From the human T2T-CHM13v2.0 reference genome, Homo sapiens, in NCBI RefSeq assembly GCF_009914755.1, contig NC_060936.1: a DNA stretch of 64,000 nt. One strand, written 5' to 3'. The notes beneath the pieces were generated by a model. It saw only the letters and a program-made list of their open reading frames with translations. It had not been told where the DNA came from and made no database searches. A program made the position numbers and the translations under genes. This document shows, in pieces, positions 1-25,710 of this stretch. Position 1 is the stretch's first letter. Every line of letters starts with the position of its first letter.

Positions 1-750
<750 letters not shown>

Positions 751-751
751 A

Positions 752-819
752 ATTCTTACATGGGATATAACCATAACTAATGACATCAAAAATCATTGTT
801 GTGCTTCAACTCTAAGAAC
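752..819 (-). pseudogene. Mitochondrial tRNA-Glu pseudogene in the NUMT
   Basis: ~68 nt between the ND6 start and the CYTB ATG, resembling mt-tRNA-Glu (attcttacatgg...aaaaatcattgttgtgcttcaactctaagaac). Confidence 0.85.
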
Positions 820-823
820 TCTA

Positions 824-1762
824 ATGACTAACATCCGAAAAACACATTCTCTATTATTAACCACTGTTTATTGAGCCACCTGCACAATCAAACATCTCGG
901 CATGGTAAAATCTCAGCTTGCTTCTAGGTATCTGCCTGGTCCTTCAAATCATCACAGGGTTTTCTTAGCTATACACTACATGTCAGATACTCTGACCGCC
1001 TTCTCTTCAGTCACTCACTTCTGCTGAGATGTAAATTATTGCTGAATTATAATTATGCTACATGCTAATGAGGCTTCGATAGTCTGCATCTGCCTGTTTT
1101 TACATGTAGGCCGAGGCTTATACTACGGGTCATTTACTTTCCTAGAAACTTGGAATATTGGCAGTATTCTTCTATTTGCAGTTATAGCAACAGTATTAAT
1201 AGGCTCCGTACTTTCATGAAGCCAAATATCATTCTGAGATGCAACAGTAATTACAAATCTACTGTTAGCCATCCCATATATTGGAACTGACCTTGTACAG
1301 TGAATCTGAGGTGGATTCTCATTGGATAAAGCCACTTTCACATAATTCTTCACTTTTCATTTAATCTTGCCTTTCATTATTACAGCCCTAGTAGCCATTC
1401 ACCTGTTATTCCTACATGAAAAGGGATCTATTAACCCCTCAGGAATTTCATCAGATTCTGACAAAATCCCTTTTCACCCTTATTACACAATTAAAGATAT
1501 TCTTTATTACACAATTAAATATATTACACAATTTATTACACAATTAAAGATATTCTTTATTACACAATTAAATATATTATTCTTATTACACAATTAAAGA
1601 TATTAATTCTACTTCTCTTGCTCTTATCAATTCTGCTGACCTCCTAGGAGACCCTCACAACTACACCCCAGCAAACCCCCTCAGCACTCCACCCCACATC
1701 AAACCAGAGTGGTACTCTTTATTCGCCTACGCAATTCTACAGTCCATCCCAAACAAACTAGG
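824..1762 (+). pseudogene. MT-CYB pseudogene (3'-truncated, frameshifted) in the NUMT
   Basis: ATG at 824 (MTNIRKTH), GRGLYYGS near 1110-1133, [45 protein letters not shown] at 1370-1500, and HIKPEWY near 1695-1715. Confidence 0.95.
1481..1604 (+). repeat. Minisatellite derived from CYTB codons; six copies of TATTACACAATT
   Basis: Cores at ~1481, 1505, 1522, 1534, 1558 and 1584; full unit TATTACACAATTAAAGATATTCTT. Confidence 0.9.
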
Positions 1763-2891
1763 GTTTTCTTGCAAGACAGGATCCTCCATATGACCTTCAA
1801 ATAAGCCAGAGGCTCTAGCCTTTACCAGAGAGGAGTGGGTCACTTCTGCAGGCCCACAGGTCCAGCGGGACCTGATGATTCAAGATTTTTTAGTGCTTGG
1901 ACCAAGTGTCCCCATCCAAAGTCTCAGAATCTTACTGCTTCCAAATCAGCACCCTGACCTACATATAGCAGAACTGGCTGGAGTTGAGAATTAAGAATTC
2001 AACAATTTCTGGAACTTTGCTATTCATATAAGTCCTTAGCTGTACGGCCCTTAGGCAACCGGAGATGAGATTCTATTTATATACAGCCAAGTTCTGGCTT
2101 CATACTTCCCCTCACATGGTTAAGTAACCAACCGAGGCAGTCATTGTCTTTCTCCAATGCATGCATAGCCTCCAACAACAGTCATCTAATTCCAAAATTC
2201 TTGTATTTACTTAATTTCCCCTGAAACTCTCAACCTCCTATATGTGTCACTTGCCAGCCTATCCCCTTCTACCAGTTTCGTGTCCCAGTTTGCCACCTGT
2301 AAACATGTGAACACTGGCACTGGCATGGATGCCTGGGGCAACTAGCGCTTCACCTATGATGGGGGCTAGCGCTCTACCAGTGATGGGGGCCTTATTACAG
2401 CCAGCCAGGTGCAGCAACAACATCCTATTTTAGAGTCAGTTCCTAGGACCACATCCAGTACCAGCTGTCACAGGTGGAGTTCACTGGGAAACACACTCTG
2501 AGACACCGAGATTTCTATACAGAAGTTATTGGAGAGTAATCGCAGAAATAGCACCTGTAAGTGTTGAAAGACAAAGAATTTGGCAGATAGAAAAGTCGAG
2601 CTGAGCCTCAGTGGGTCCATGGAGAGCTCTGGATCTGGGATGGCCCTTCTGAGATATTGCAAACTGAGGCATGGTGGACAAGTCTTGGTACCTCACAGGA
2701 ACCAGTCATTGGATGTGCACGGTCCCTAGGGAGGGAGCTTAATCTTGGGCAGTGTCTTTCTTTGGCTAAAAGCAACACTGGGAAAGCAGCACAGGTGAGA
2801 GGTGCCAGGCAGCGGCTCCCCCAGCGGCTGGAGAATGAGCAGTGCCTCAGTCCTGGAGGGGAATCCGGGCAGCACCCACAGCATCCACAAT
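1763..2891 (-). mobile_element. ERVL remnant: LTR16C-like LTR (~2466-2891) followed by ERV3-16A3-like internal sequence
   Basis: On the minus strand the LTR ends ...TGACA followed by a PBS-like ctggtactggatgtggtcctag. The LTR body resembles the recalled LTR16C consensus (gagctctggatctgggatggcccttc, ccagtcattggatgtg, cacagcatccac). Confidence 0.6.
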
Positions 2892-3004
2892 GCCCTGCAG
2901 CACTGGGAGCAGCCCTCACCTTTCTGAGACTGTTTCTTGACCTGCAAAATAAGGGAACACAGTTGGTTCTTGAGCAGTGTGGCGGCTAGGGGGCACTCCC
3001 AAAA

Positions 3005-3941
<937 letters not shown>

Positions 3942-4449
3942 AAATAGCTACCTCAAAGATGTCCAAAAAAGCAAATGCAAAAACAAATGCAAGCAATTTG
4001 TGAACTGTTAACAAGGTTATTCTTCTCATCCTAAAGTCTGGAGCAATCTCATCACCATCTTTCTATTATGCCCCACACCCACTTCTCGTCTCAAGAAGTC
4101 AGTATTTTACTTTTCTACCAGGATTTAGCTTTACTGTCCACTTTACTGCTTCTCCAAAAAGTTGCAGTGATGATGTTGAGAAGTGACTAATTCATTAGGT
4201 ATATCTTTATTTTTCACCATAAATTAATTTCTAAAATAGGCTCTATAATTACCAAAACTCTTCTAGTCTATAATTGGGGGTTCTATAAAACATAAAATTA
4301 CAGGATTTATAGTTCTTTAAAATGGAAAAGTGCTCTCAAAAAATGTTACTAGTTCAAAGGAGATTCATAAATGAATCATGTAATTTTAAGCAATTCTCAC
4401 TAGATGGAGCTAGTTACAAATAAATACTTTTTTAATATTTTTCTTCTTT

Positions 4450-5146
<697 letters not shown>

Positions 5147-5390
5147 CTTTTCTTCTCTTTAATACAGGAATATTTTAATTCCTTGTAAGGAAAATTTCCT
5201 GGATAATTCCATGTATTTTAATAATCACAGAGATAGTCTTATTCTTACTCATTCATTACCAAAAATAAAGACTTCAGTAACAATTTATACTCCATAGAGT
5301 ATACGATCTCATCTATTTTGACATCCAAAAAAAAAAGGCAGAAAGACAAAACGCAAATTCTGAGGCAGAAATTAAGAAAATATAATTCTT

Positions 5391-6968
5391 ATTTTTTATT
5401 TAATTTATTGTTTGTTCCGCTGTTTGAATGTTTATCTTCCAGGAGCCTACAGAAGTGAGGGAAAGTATCTGCAGGCTAATTTTAAATAACACGAGACAGA
5501 GATTAAACATTAAATATAAAAAAAAAACCTTTTAGCTTACTTATTAAACTAGGAAGAATTTTCCTTAAACACATCACTCAAATTGGTCTGCAATGCATCA
5601 ATAAATGGAGAACATAGATCTCACCTAGGAAATATTTTATACATTGTGGACACTACAAAAAAGCTCATCAGAATATAAAAATTTTCAAGTCACAATCCCC
5701 TAAGCAGACTAAAAACAAGTTAGCGTTTAACCTGAAATCAGAAGTGCAAACTCTGTAAAAATAAAAATATTGCCATTGTTCTCAGCAATCTATGAATAAA
5801 TCCTACAACTCCTTAAAGTCTTTTCAATAAAATGAACCATGATCTCTTGACAAACTCCTTGCTTAAATGGCAGGTAACTTTTGAAGCTGGACTTCTCAAT
5901 CTGTCAAGAGAAGCAAGCTGCATTGGCAGCATTGCTCGCTTTTGAAAATCACCTTCTGAACAGAAGGTCCAGCAAAGACCTTCAATGCAACACTCCCTGT
6001 ATATGTGCAAGTCTGCATGAGACGTCCTCCCGCAGGTGCAACTCCCAGCCAATGAACCAGAAACAGATGAAAGACAAAAGGGGAAAGTCGAGGTCAAATG
6101 TTTCAGTTTACCCATGCTATCCCAGATAAAATGCCAAGGGCTTTTGGAATAAAATGGACAATATGCAAAGATGAGGTGACCAGATGTCAATAATGTTGGG
6201 AATTTAAAATGCATGTACCACACATGAACACAATTCTTTAAATGCAGCTGCAGGAAGTTCCGTTTGGGGGTCATCCTCTTTGAAACTCCCTTCTGGGCAG
6301 TACTGCTTGTCATTTCTATCATCTGATACATCTATACTTCCAAATAATCCTAACTGATACTCAAAGTGATGCCTTGACACCCTCTGAGGTTCTACAGGCT
6401 CTTCCAAATCAAAGAGAGGTCACATCATGCATAGTATTATTTGGGGGTTAGCATACGTTTTATAATAATTATGTTAAAATTGGTAATCCCTTTTTGGGTT
6501 CAATGATAGCTCTATTAATTATATTGTCTTGTTAACTGAAATATTCCACTCTGTCAATGGGATTAATGGTTGGAGATTATGATACAACCAAAACCAAAGC
6601 TGGGCAATGGGCTCTTGGACTGGAATCACCCATTATGAACTATCCATCTGACCAACTCTTTAACTTTCTTCCTAAACGTCAGATCACCAGGGCGTTTCAG
6701 TGCAGCCTGCACAATTCAGAGAGTAGGGTCCAGATTAAAGACCTTACATTTTTGTAGAATTCAGAATCATTTTTCATTCAGCAAGCCCTCTATTTGCTCA
6801 CTCTCTTCTACATGTAATTGTTCAACTTTGGTTGACTGTCGAGTCCTCATGGAAGAATTCCCATTCTGCCACTGAGCCTCTCTGTTAGGGACTTGAAAAT
6901 GGAAGGTAGTGCAGTTCTTTCTGACCATCTGCCAGGCAAGGAGCCCCGGGCTTCTAGGGGTAAGTTCG
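5391..6968 (-). pseudogene. MREG: 5'-truncated MREG (melanoregulin) processed pseudogene: last ~27 codons plus 3'UTR
   Basis: Minus-strand 6968-6885 reads RTYP*KPGAPCLADGQKELHYLPFSSP*, matching the recalled MREG C-terminus RTYPKKPGVPCLADGQKELHYLPFPSP. Candidate decayed poly(A) at ~5391-5415 with GATAAA just upstream. Boundaries uncertain. Confidence 0.8.
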
Positions 6969-7342
6969 TCCCTTTTCCCAAGTCTTTCACTTTGCACTCT
7001 TCATTCAGAGTTAAATGGCATAAAACTCGGATTTTCAAAGCCAGTTGATTTAATCTGAGACACATAAGACTAGGATCAAATAAGTGAAGTAAATGATTCA
7101 AATGCAATGACTTCTGTTGTTGCATTCTGTTGTTGCATAGAAGAATCTAAAATTCTTCTATGGCCTAATTTTCAGAAACTATTTTAGGACAAAAAAGAAC
7201 CAAAAAAAAGTTCTACTAAAAAAAATAAAGAGACAGACTAGTAATTTGCTTGGTCAGAGCTTCTTTTTAAAAAAATAAAATAATATTAAGTCAAAGAGGA
7301 AAACAAATATAACATCAAACTATTTGCAAAATAATGAAAATT

Positions 7343-7593
<251 letters not shown>

Positions 7594-7870
7594 CATCACA
7601 ATAATAATGAAAATGAGAACAATGCATAGAAAACTTAGTTTAGGGGTTGTACAAGCTACAGCGTAACTCATAACCTTAAATGTTTTTCTTCTTAGAAAAA
7701 ATCTAACTCTTCAACTCAAAAAATTAGAATAGCTAAAACGAATCTAAGAAAAGAGAAAAGGAAAATAAATTTAAAGAAAATAAAAACAGTAAAAATGATA
7801 AACCCAATAGCAGATGTTTTGGGGGGGAATACAAATGAAATAAGCATCTTTCTGTCAAATTCATTCTACA

Positions 7871-7872
<2 letters not shown>

Positions 7873-7912
<40 letters not shown>
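7873..7912. repeat. (CA)n microsatellite
   Basis: About 20 CA units seen directly. Confidence 0.95.
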
Positions 7913-7914
<2 letters not shown>

Positions 7915-8459
7915 AAAAAAAACCATAAGTAAAATAAGAAATCAGCAACAGTCTGGAAATTTTTAATGATAAAATAACAATTATTCGTATATGCAGATAA
8001 AACAGAAATCTCAGTAAACTAGATGATTAACATAAAGATATAATGGCCAAAATTGACTCAACAAGTTGAAAACCTAAAACTTATGGTGAAAGAAGAAAGT
8101 ATTTAAGTTATCAAAGAAATATTTGTTAGACATTTCCCAGGCTCAGATAGTTTTACTGTTTAATTATTTTAAACTTTCCATAGCTAGACAAAAATACACA
8201 AAAATATGAAGACTAATTTATGGGCCAAATATTGTTTATGCAGCAGAACTCATCTACATCACATAATTCCCTCTTTCTTCCATTTATTCTTAGAAGTCTG
8301 CCTCTAACCTGCCTCTGATAGAACACTTGATTGGATTTTTCATTTCTTTGCCTCTTAGAATATTAAAATGTTTTTTTCTGGCCAGCTCCACAAAACTCTG
8401 ATTTTGATGAAATTTTGCCTTCTCTCATATTTTTTAGTGACAGGCCACCCAACTCTTAA

Positions 8460-8984
<525 letters not shown>

Positions 8985-8999
8985 AAGATCATATTTCTT

Positions 9000-11190
<2,191 letters not shown>

Positions 11191-11283
11191 TTAGAAATAA
11201 TTCTTTCAAGGAATTATAAATACCGTTGAGACATTGTGCCTATAGTCTAATGGTAAGAAGAAAGAAAACAACAGAAAAACTCA

Positions 11284-11706
<423 letters not shown>

Positions 11707-12442
11707 CAGAATGACAACAGATATTTTCAGAGTATCTTGTAGTTTACAAAGCACATTCACATAGTTATTCGCTTGATAAATCAGAGTACTTCTGCAATTA
11801 ACACTCTTGCCAGCTATTTATGTCACTCAAGATGTTTGAAAAATGCCTTTTGTGAATTGTAACTGAATGGAGCCAAATTCTTCTGGGGCATATGGCTGTA
11901 CAACATTCACTGGGAAAGGCAACTAATTGCATGTGTGTACACCTCAGGGAAGAATTTGTTTAAGATAACTGAAATATGTTTGAGTTGAATCTTTTCCTAC
12001 TCCAGCTAATGGTCATCACTTTAACTGTGTTCTTTCCAAAGCTTTATTAAACACGCTATGAAAATACTGAGCTTGAGCCTGCTGATGGGAAGCAAATAAT
12101 CTCCCCCTTCTTTAAAGGCGCATTCATTCTTTCAGGTCAGTAGCATCACATTGCAAGATCCTGAAAATCAGTGCGCAGTTGAGTCAGAAAGCTTATAATT
12201 GAATTTGCTTAGCTAAGTATCTTAGCAACTCAGTTCACGTCAGCGGAACTTTGTTGAAGGGTATATTTTCATCATTTCTTGCCAGATTTTTAAAGCATGA
12301 CATGTTGTGTTACTAAAACTAAGTAATTCTTCCAGGGGGAGGAAGCAGTAGTGTCTATTATATACCTTCCACTTTACTTATTTAAGAAAACATAAAAAGC
12401 CATTACCGGGAGAATAGAATGCATTGTTCTGAATCTAAATGA

Positions 12443-12767
<325 letters not shown>

Positions 12768-13176
12768 TAGAAGTTGTATAATCAAGAAAAAGAAGAAAAT
12801 CGGGGGTTTTTTTTTAGGGATTCGGGGTATGCTTATGAGCACAGGAATAAAGGAAAAAGGCAGTAATCTAAGTTGCATATATAATGCCTATAAAACAAAA
12901 GGCACCGTTTGACAAGGTATCTGGCTGATATAATGGGAAAACCAAGAATTCAGGCTTCAAAGGAGGTTTTTTAATGCTTAAATGATGTGGTTTGTCTGAT
13001 TTAATTATATAATCAGCAGCTTTCCCCCTTTATGTTAAAAAGTGACCAGGTACCACAGTATGGCCTAGAAAGCACTATCCATATACATCAGAATATGCCC
13101 GGCGGGGTTCCATTGGTGTGACCCTCTGACCAGCTGCCAACCTGCTGTCATGTGCTTCATATTTCTTTCAGACCAT

Positions 13177-13395
13177 TGCGGTAGATGGCAAAGAATAAAT
13201 GGCCACAAATTATTTGTAGCAATTTCCACCAGGATATGAACTCTACTTCCCCACCCCTTGAACCCAGACTGGCCTTGTGACTTGCTTTGGATAATGGGAC
13301 ATTAGCAAACGAGATGCAAGCAGAGGCCTGAAAAACATTTATGCAATGGGGCTTGTCCTCTCTTGCCCCTTTTGGAAATCAGCTGCCACGTGGGG
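13177..13395 (+). mobile_element. MLT1-family (MaLR) LTR fragment
   Basis: ccccaccccttgaacccagactggccttgtgacttgctttgg is characteristic of MLT1F/G-type LTRs. Confidence 0.6.
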
Positions 13396-13468
13396 CAGAG
13401 ATTTTTCTTCCACTTCAATAACCCTTGACTTCAACCTTCCAGGTAAAACTATTGGTTTAATTTAAGCT

Positions 13469-13506
<38 letters not shown>

Positions 13507-14001
13507 AACAGAGTCTTGCTCTGTCACCCAGTTCAGTGGTGCAATCCTGGCTCACTGCAGCCAGAACTCCTGGTCTCAAGCAATCCTCCCGCCCCCACCT
13601 ATCCCATGTTGGGATTACAGGTGTGAGCCACTGCACCTGGCCAAATGTTGTTTTTGATAGCTATTTGGCAGATATTTATATTTACTTGACAAAGAACTAA
13701 GCAAGGAGATTGATGAAAGTCATGAAAATGAATACATTTCTGTCTATGTCTTGCAGGAAAATAAAGTCAAAAAGAAGGCATAACCTTATATATAATAGGG
13801 TCCTAACTTATAAATAGGTTATATTGTAACAGTTATCTGTAAGTCAGTTGTCTGGATCTTAGAACATGTATCCACACATCTATAACAGTATCTGGCACAT
13901 AGCTGGTGCTCAAAAAATAGTTCTTGAATAAATGAATGAACAAATGGAAAGTGCAAATGGCTGTTATATTCCCTGACAACGAGAAGAAACTGAATATGCT
14001 T

Positions 14002-14172
14002 TGTGATGGTTAGTTTTATATGTCAGATTGGCGAAGTCATAGTACCCAGTTTATTCAATTAAACACAAAGCTAGGTGAAGGTATTCCATAGATATGGTTA
14101 ACAGCTACACTTAATTGACTTTAAATAAAAGAGATAATCTTTCATAACTTAGGTGGGCTTCATCCAACCAGG
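14002..14172 (+). mobile_element. MLT2-family LTR 5' fragment
   Basis: Starts tgtgatggttagttttatatgtca and ends ggtgggcttcatccaaccagg. Confidence 0.6.
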
Positions 14173-14219
14173 TTTAAATTTTTTCTCAAAGTAAAAAATA
14201 TTTTTAAAGGAGGGTAAAT

Positions 14220-14507
14220 GGCTGGGCACAGTGGCTCACACCTGTAATCCTAGCACTTTGGGAGGCCAAGGCAGGAGGCTTGCTTGTGTCCGGGTGTTCA
14301 AGACCAGCCCAGGCAACATAATGAGACCCTGTCTCTATAAAAAATTAAAATATCAGCCAGGTGTGGTAGCATGTGCCTGTGGTCCCAGCTACTTGAGAGG
14401 CTGAGGCAGGAGGATCATTTGAGCCTTGGAGTTTAAGGGTGAAACAAGCCAGAATCGCACCATTGCACACCAGCCTGGGTGACACAGCAAGATCTTGTCT
14501 CTAAAAA
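14220..14507 (+). mobile_element. AluJ-like element
   Basis: Dimer flanked by repeated aaggagggtaaatg. Confidence 0.9.
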
Positions 14508-14899
14508 GGTTTTTTAAAAGAAGGAGGGTAAATGGAGTGAAAGTGTTTAAAGCCCTCACATTGTCCAGAAACTGGTGACAATACTTACATTACAATTGTA
14601 ATTAAGCAAGGATTTGTATTATAATCTCTGGGGTAACCATTAAAAGAGTAGTAAAACAATGAATAACAAGCTACTGGCAGGGACATGGGGGATAGAATAA
14701 TTTTAAAAACTACTCCAAATAAAGGCAAGAAAAGTGAGGAAAAGTGAGCATACAAAACAGATGGGATAAAATAGAAACAAATAGTAAGATGGCAGACAAA
14801 CCCAAATATGTCTGTTTACACTCAATGTAAACAGATTAATCAAATGAGAATAGTTGTCAGACTGGAATTTTAAATGATTCTATTTTGATACCGATAGTA

Positions 14900-15430
<531 letters not shown>

Positions 15431-15816
15431 TACAGTTATTTTTAGTACATAAAGAATTTCAGCAGTCTTCTCCTACTGCCCTGTCTTCATATACAAATTG
15501 CCTCTTGAGAATTCTAATAAATGGTCAATTCATTTTAGCCTGAATGGTACAAGGAACAGGGAAGGTATTCTTACAGTAGAGTTTAACGTGGGGTCACCTA
15601 CCCCTACTGTCCTCTTAGTACCCTGATCAGCCTCTCGGTACCCCCAGAGAACAGATGCTTACTTCCATGCAAGGAAAATGGTGTCACCTTTGACCATGTT
15701 AGTTGTTAAAGGCAATTTTTCAACAACATTCTAATATCTTAGAAAATATTTGGCTAACAAAGCGGGATATTTCATAAAAGTTATAAATCAGATAATACTA
15801 AAGAGTTAGGAGTTCT

Positions 15817-17756
<1,940 letters not shown>

Positions 17757-18182
17757 TTAAGAGGATACGACATATAACACTGTTTAAATACTAAATAAAA
17801 TTGTCCTCACAGAATGTACTATCTTCACATACACTTTCTCTTCTCTTCGTTTTCTTGTTTCTAATTTCTTTGCCAAATGCTAGCCAATATTTGTTTAAAT
17901 TTTTCCTTCATAGATATACATCAACAATAAAACTTTTATTTAAAATTTTTAATCAGTATATACACAGTCTTACATTTATATGCCAGTAGAAAAGGATGGT
18001 GGAAGCCAAATCAGGAATAAATGAGAAAATAGCAGTGACCAAAAACAAAACCTCATTTTATAATAAAAAGCCGATCAGTCACATAATGCCAGTGATAGCA
18101 GTCACTGAAGCCTTACTGTGTGCCAGGCACCGTCCAGCATTTTCATGTGCTGTCACACTTGTGGCTTATGACACACCTAAGT

Positions 18183-18660
18183 GTGTCAGTTGGGTCCTCT
18201 GAAAGCAGATGGAGCTAGGAGTACAAGAGGTTAACCGTGGGACAGCACTGGTGAAAGATAAAAGTCAGAAAAAGCAAGGCTGGGCAGGGAAATTCTTCAG
18301 ACCGTGCTGCAGATCTGACACCTATTAAAGGAAAGCGGGGAAGTGGGTTTGGGCAGGGAGAGTCTCAGACCGCGCTGCAGACCTGACAAAGCCTGGGCCA
18401 ATCTGATCAGCAACTCTGGACAAGAGCTGGCCAGTAGAGGAGGCTCATCTTAGGCTGCAGTGCCCAAGCCCGGAAGCCACTGAGCTCAGTCACTAGCTGG
18501 GGGCTACCTTAGGAGATCAAGGTCTCACCTCCGAAGGTGAGACCTCGTTCCAAAGGTGCTAATGGCTGAAGGCATCTGCTGACTGCGCTCCTTAACGGCT
18601 GAACAGCGAGCCCTTTCTTGAAGGGAAATCTGAGTGCCGCTCCTCCATGGCTACCTCAGT
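18183..18660 (-). mobile_element. LTR16-family (ERVL) solo LTR
   Basis: tgtcagttgggtcctctgaaagcaga...cagaccgtgctgcagatctgacacc...ctccatggctacctca resembles LTR16-type consensi. Confidence 0.55.
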
Positions 18661-18799
18661 AAGGGAGGCTTTATTATGATTCCCATTTTTCGGAAAGAAA
18701 AAGGGGGCACAAAAGTTATGTAAATTTCCCAAAGTCACACAGCTAGTAAAAAGCTAATAAATGTCTCCTATTTGCCTTGCAGCTGATAGTAAAAGTAAC

Positions 18800-19110
<311 letters not shown>

Positions 19111-19394
19111 TAACACATTAGTGTATGGACTTCCACTCACTCCTCTCTAGTGTATTTTGGTTTTTTTCAAAAAATAGGATAATTCCTTAAATATTACCTT
19201 AGAACTGGTTTTTCTTCACTTGATATCATAAACATCTTTTCACATCAATAAGTTCATTTCTACAAATGTGTACATACAACTCTAGCACAATTTATTCAAG
19301 TAATACGCTACTGAACCCTTCAGTTTTTTCTCTTCCTTTTTTTCTATATGAGAAACAATTTAGTGAACATCCTTGTAGCTAAATCTTTGTTTGC

Positions 19395-21380
19395 AATATT
19401 CTGAGATAAAATGCATAAAACCCAAAATTTAACATTTTAACCACGTTCAAGTGTACAGTTCAGTGTTTTGTGTATACTCATAAGGTTGTACAAACATCAC
19501 CACTAATTCCAGAACGTTGCCATCTCCCCATAAAGAAACTCCATACCTATTAGCAGTCGTTCCCAATTCCTCCCTACCCCCATTGCCTGGCAACCACTAA
19601 TCTAGTTTCCGTCTCTATGGATTTGCCTATTCCGGACATTTCATATAAATGGGATCATATCACATTTGTTCTTTTGTGTCTGGCTTGTTTCACTTAGTAT
19701 ATAGTATTTCCAAGATGCATCCATGTTGTAGCATATATCAGTGCTTCATTCCTTTTTGGCTGAACTATTTTTTATGCCTGAATTAGTATTCCACTCTTTG
19801 GATGTACTACCACATTTTGTTTATCTATTCATCAGTTGATGGACATTGGGTTGTTTCTACCTTTTGGCTGTTGTGAATAGTGATGCTGTGAACATTTTTG
19901 GACGAGTTTTGATGTGGGCATATGTCTTCAGTTCTCTTGGGTATACAGCTAGAAGTGGAATTGCAGGTTCAATCTACGTTTAACATTTTGAGGAACCACC
20001 AAACTTTTCCACAGCAGCTGTGCCATTTTCCATTCCTACCAGCAATGCATTAGGGTTCTAATTTCCATCTGTGCCAATACTTATTTTCCTTTTCCTTATT
20101 ATTATTGCCATTCAATTAGGTGTGGTTCTGATTTGCATTTCTTCAATAACTAATGAAGGTGAGCATCTTTTCATGTGCTTATTGGCCATTTATATATCTT
20201 CATTGAAGAAATGGCTATTTAAATCCTCTGCCCAACTTTTTTCTTTTCTTTTCTTTTTTTTGAGATGGAGTCTCGCTCTGTTGCCCAGGCTAGAGTGCAA
20301 TGGTGCAATCTCAGCTCACTACAACCTCTGCCTCCTAGGTTCAAGCATTCTCCTGCCTCAGCCTCCCAAGTAGCTGGGATTATAGGCATGCACAACCATG
20401 CTCGGCTAATTTTTGTATTTTTAGTAGAGATGGGGTTTCACCATGTTGGTCAGGATGGTCTCGAACTCCTGACCTCAAGTGATCTGCCTGCCTCAGCCTC
20501 CCAAAGTGCTGGATTACAGGCATGAGCCACCTTGCCTGGCCTTTTTTTCTTTTTTTTGAGATGGAGCCTCACTCTGTCACCCAGGCTGTAGTGCAGTGGT
20601 GCAATCTTGGCTCCCTGCAACCTCTCTCTCCCAGATTCAAGGGATTCTCCTGACTCAGCCTCTTGAGAAGCTGGGATTACAGGCATGCACAACCACATCC
20701 AGCTAATTTTTTTTGTATTTTTTTTAGTAGGTACGGGGTTTCACCATGTTGACCAGACTAGTCTGAACTCCTGACCTCAAATGATCTGCCCGCTCAGCCT
20801 CCCAAAGTACAGGGATTACAGGCATGAGCCACCATGCTCAGCCCTTTGCCCAATTTTTAATTGGATTGTTTGTCTTTTCATTGTTGACATATGAAAGTTA
20901 TTTATATATTCTGGATAGTATGCCCTTATCACAGAAACAATTTACAAATATTTTCTCCCATCCTATAAGTTGTGTTTTCACTTTTTCTTTTTTTCTTTTT
21001 TTTTTTTTTTTTACCTTTTCTTAAATAGAGTTGGGGTCTTACTATGTTACCTAGGCTAGTCTCAAACTCTCAAACTCCTGGACTCCAGCAATCCTCCTAC
21101 CTTGGCCTCCCAAAATGTTGGGATTTCAGCTGTGAGCCACCAGGCCCGGCCCTTCACTTTCTTGATAGTGTCCTTTATACACAAAAGTTTTTAATTTTGA
21201 TGAAGCCCAATTTATCTTTTTTTCTTTTGTTATTTGTACTTTTGGTGTCATATTTAAGAAACTGTTACCTAATCCAAGGTCATAAATATTTATACCTATG
21301 TTCCCTTCAAGAGTTTTATGAGCTCTTACATTTAGGTCTTTGATCCATTTTGAGTAAATTTTTTTTATATCATGTGATAC
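19395..21380 (-). mobile_element. L1MB-like 3' end with nested antisense Alus (~20237-20542, ~20543-20843, FLAM ~20983-21151)
   Basis: cctggcaaccactaatct...tctatggatttgcctattccggacatttcatataaatgg and gatggacattgggttgtttc are typical L1MB 3' text. Confidence 0.8.
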
Positions 21381-21425
21381 TTCAAGTATCTACTTTGGAT
21401 AGATTCCTAAAAAGTGGGCATATAA

Positions 21426-25376
<3,951 letters not shown>

Positions 25377-25710
25377 TCTGCCTGATAAAGAGCTAAAGAA
25401 GCAGCCTCAAGCTGCTAGAGCCACAAGCGCCCCTGGAACTGTGCACTTAAATAGCATTGTCTTTAGCACTAGCATAACTGGGCAAAAGGAGCACCATCTC
25501 TGTAACCTATAACTTGAATGGTGCTTGCCCCCTTGGAGTTGTTCAAGGAGTCTAGACTGGCCAAAGCAGGCAACCGGCCTGGCTTCAATAACTATGCTTG
25601 GAACTTTGGGCCTTGAGGCTAAGAGGTGTGTTGTACTATTTCAGCATGTTTTATGAATTGGTTCCACAGAGCTGTTACAGCACAGCCAAATTTTACTCTT
25701 CAAAAACCAT

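Noticed and set aside
1481-1604. Regularly spaced direct repeats superficially like a CRISPR array
   Set aside because: No unique spacers and no cas genes; eukaryotic context; units derive from CYTB codons.
5813-6331. 172-aa minus-strand ORF
   Set aside because: Lies in presumed MREG 3'UTR-derived sequence and has no recognisable domain; likely chance.
13097-13135. ggttccattggtgtg resembling the 5' end of tRNA-Gln
   Set aside because: Similarity is only ~14 nt, with no B box or cloverleaf.
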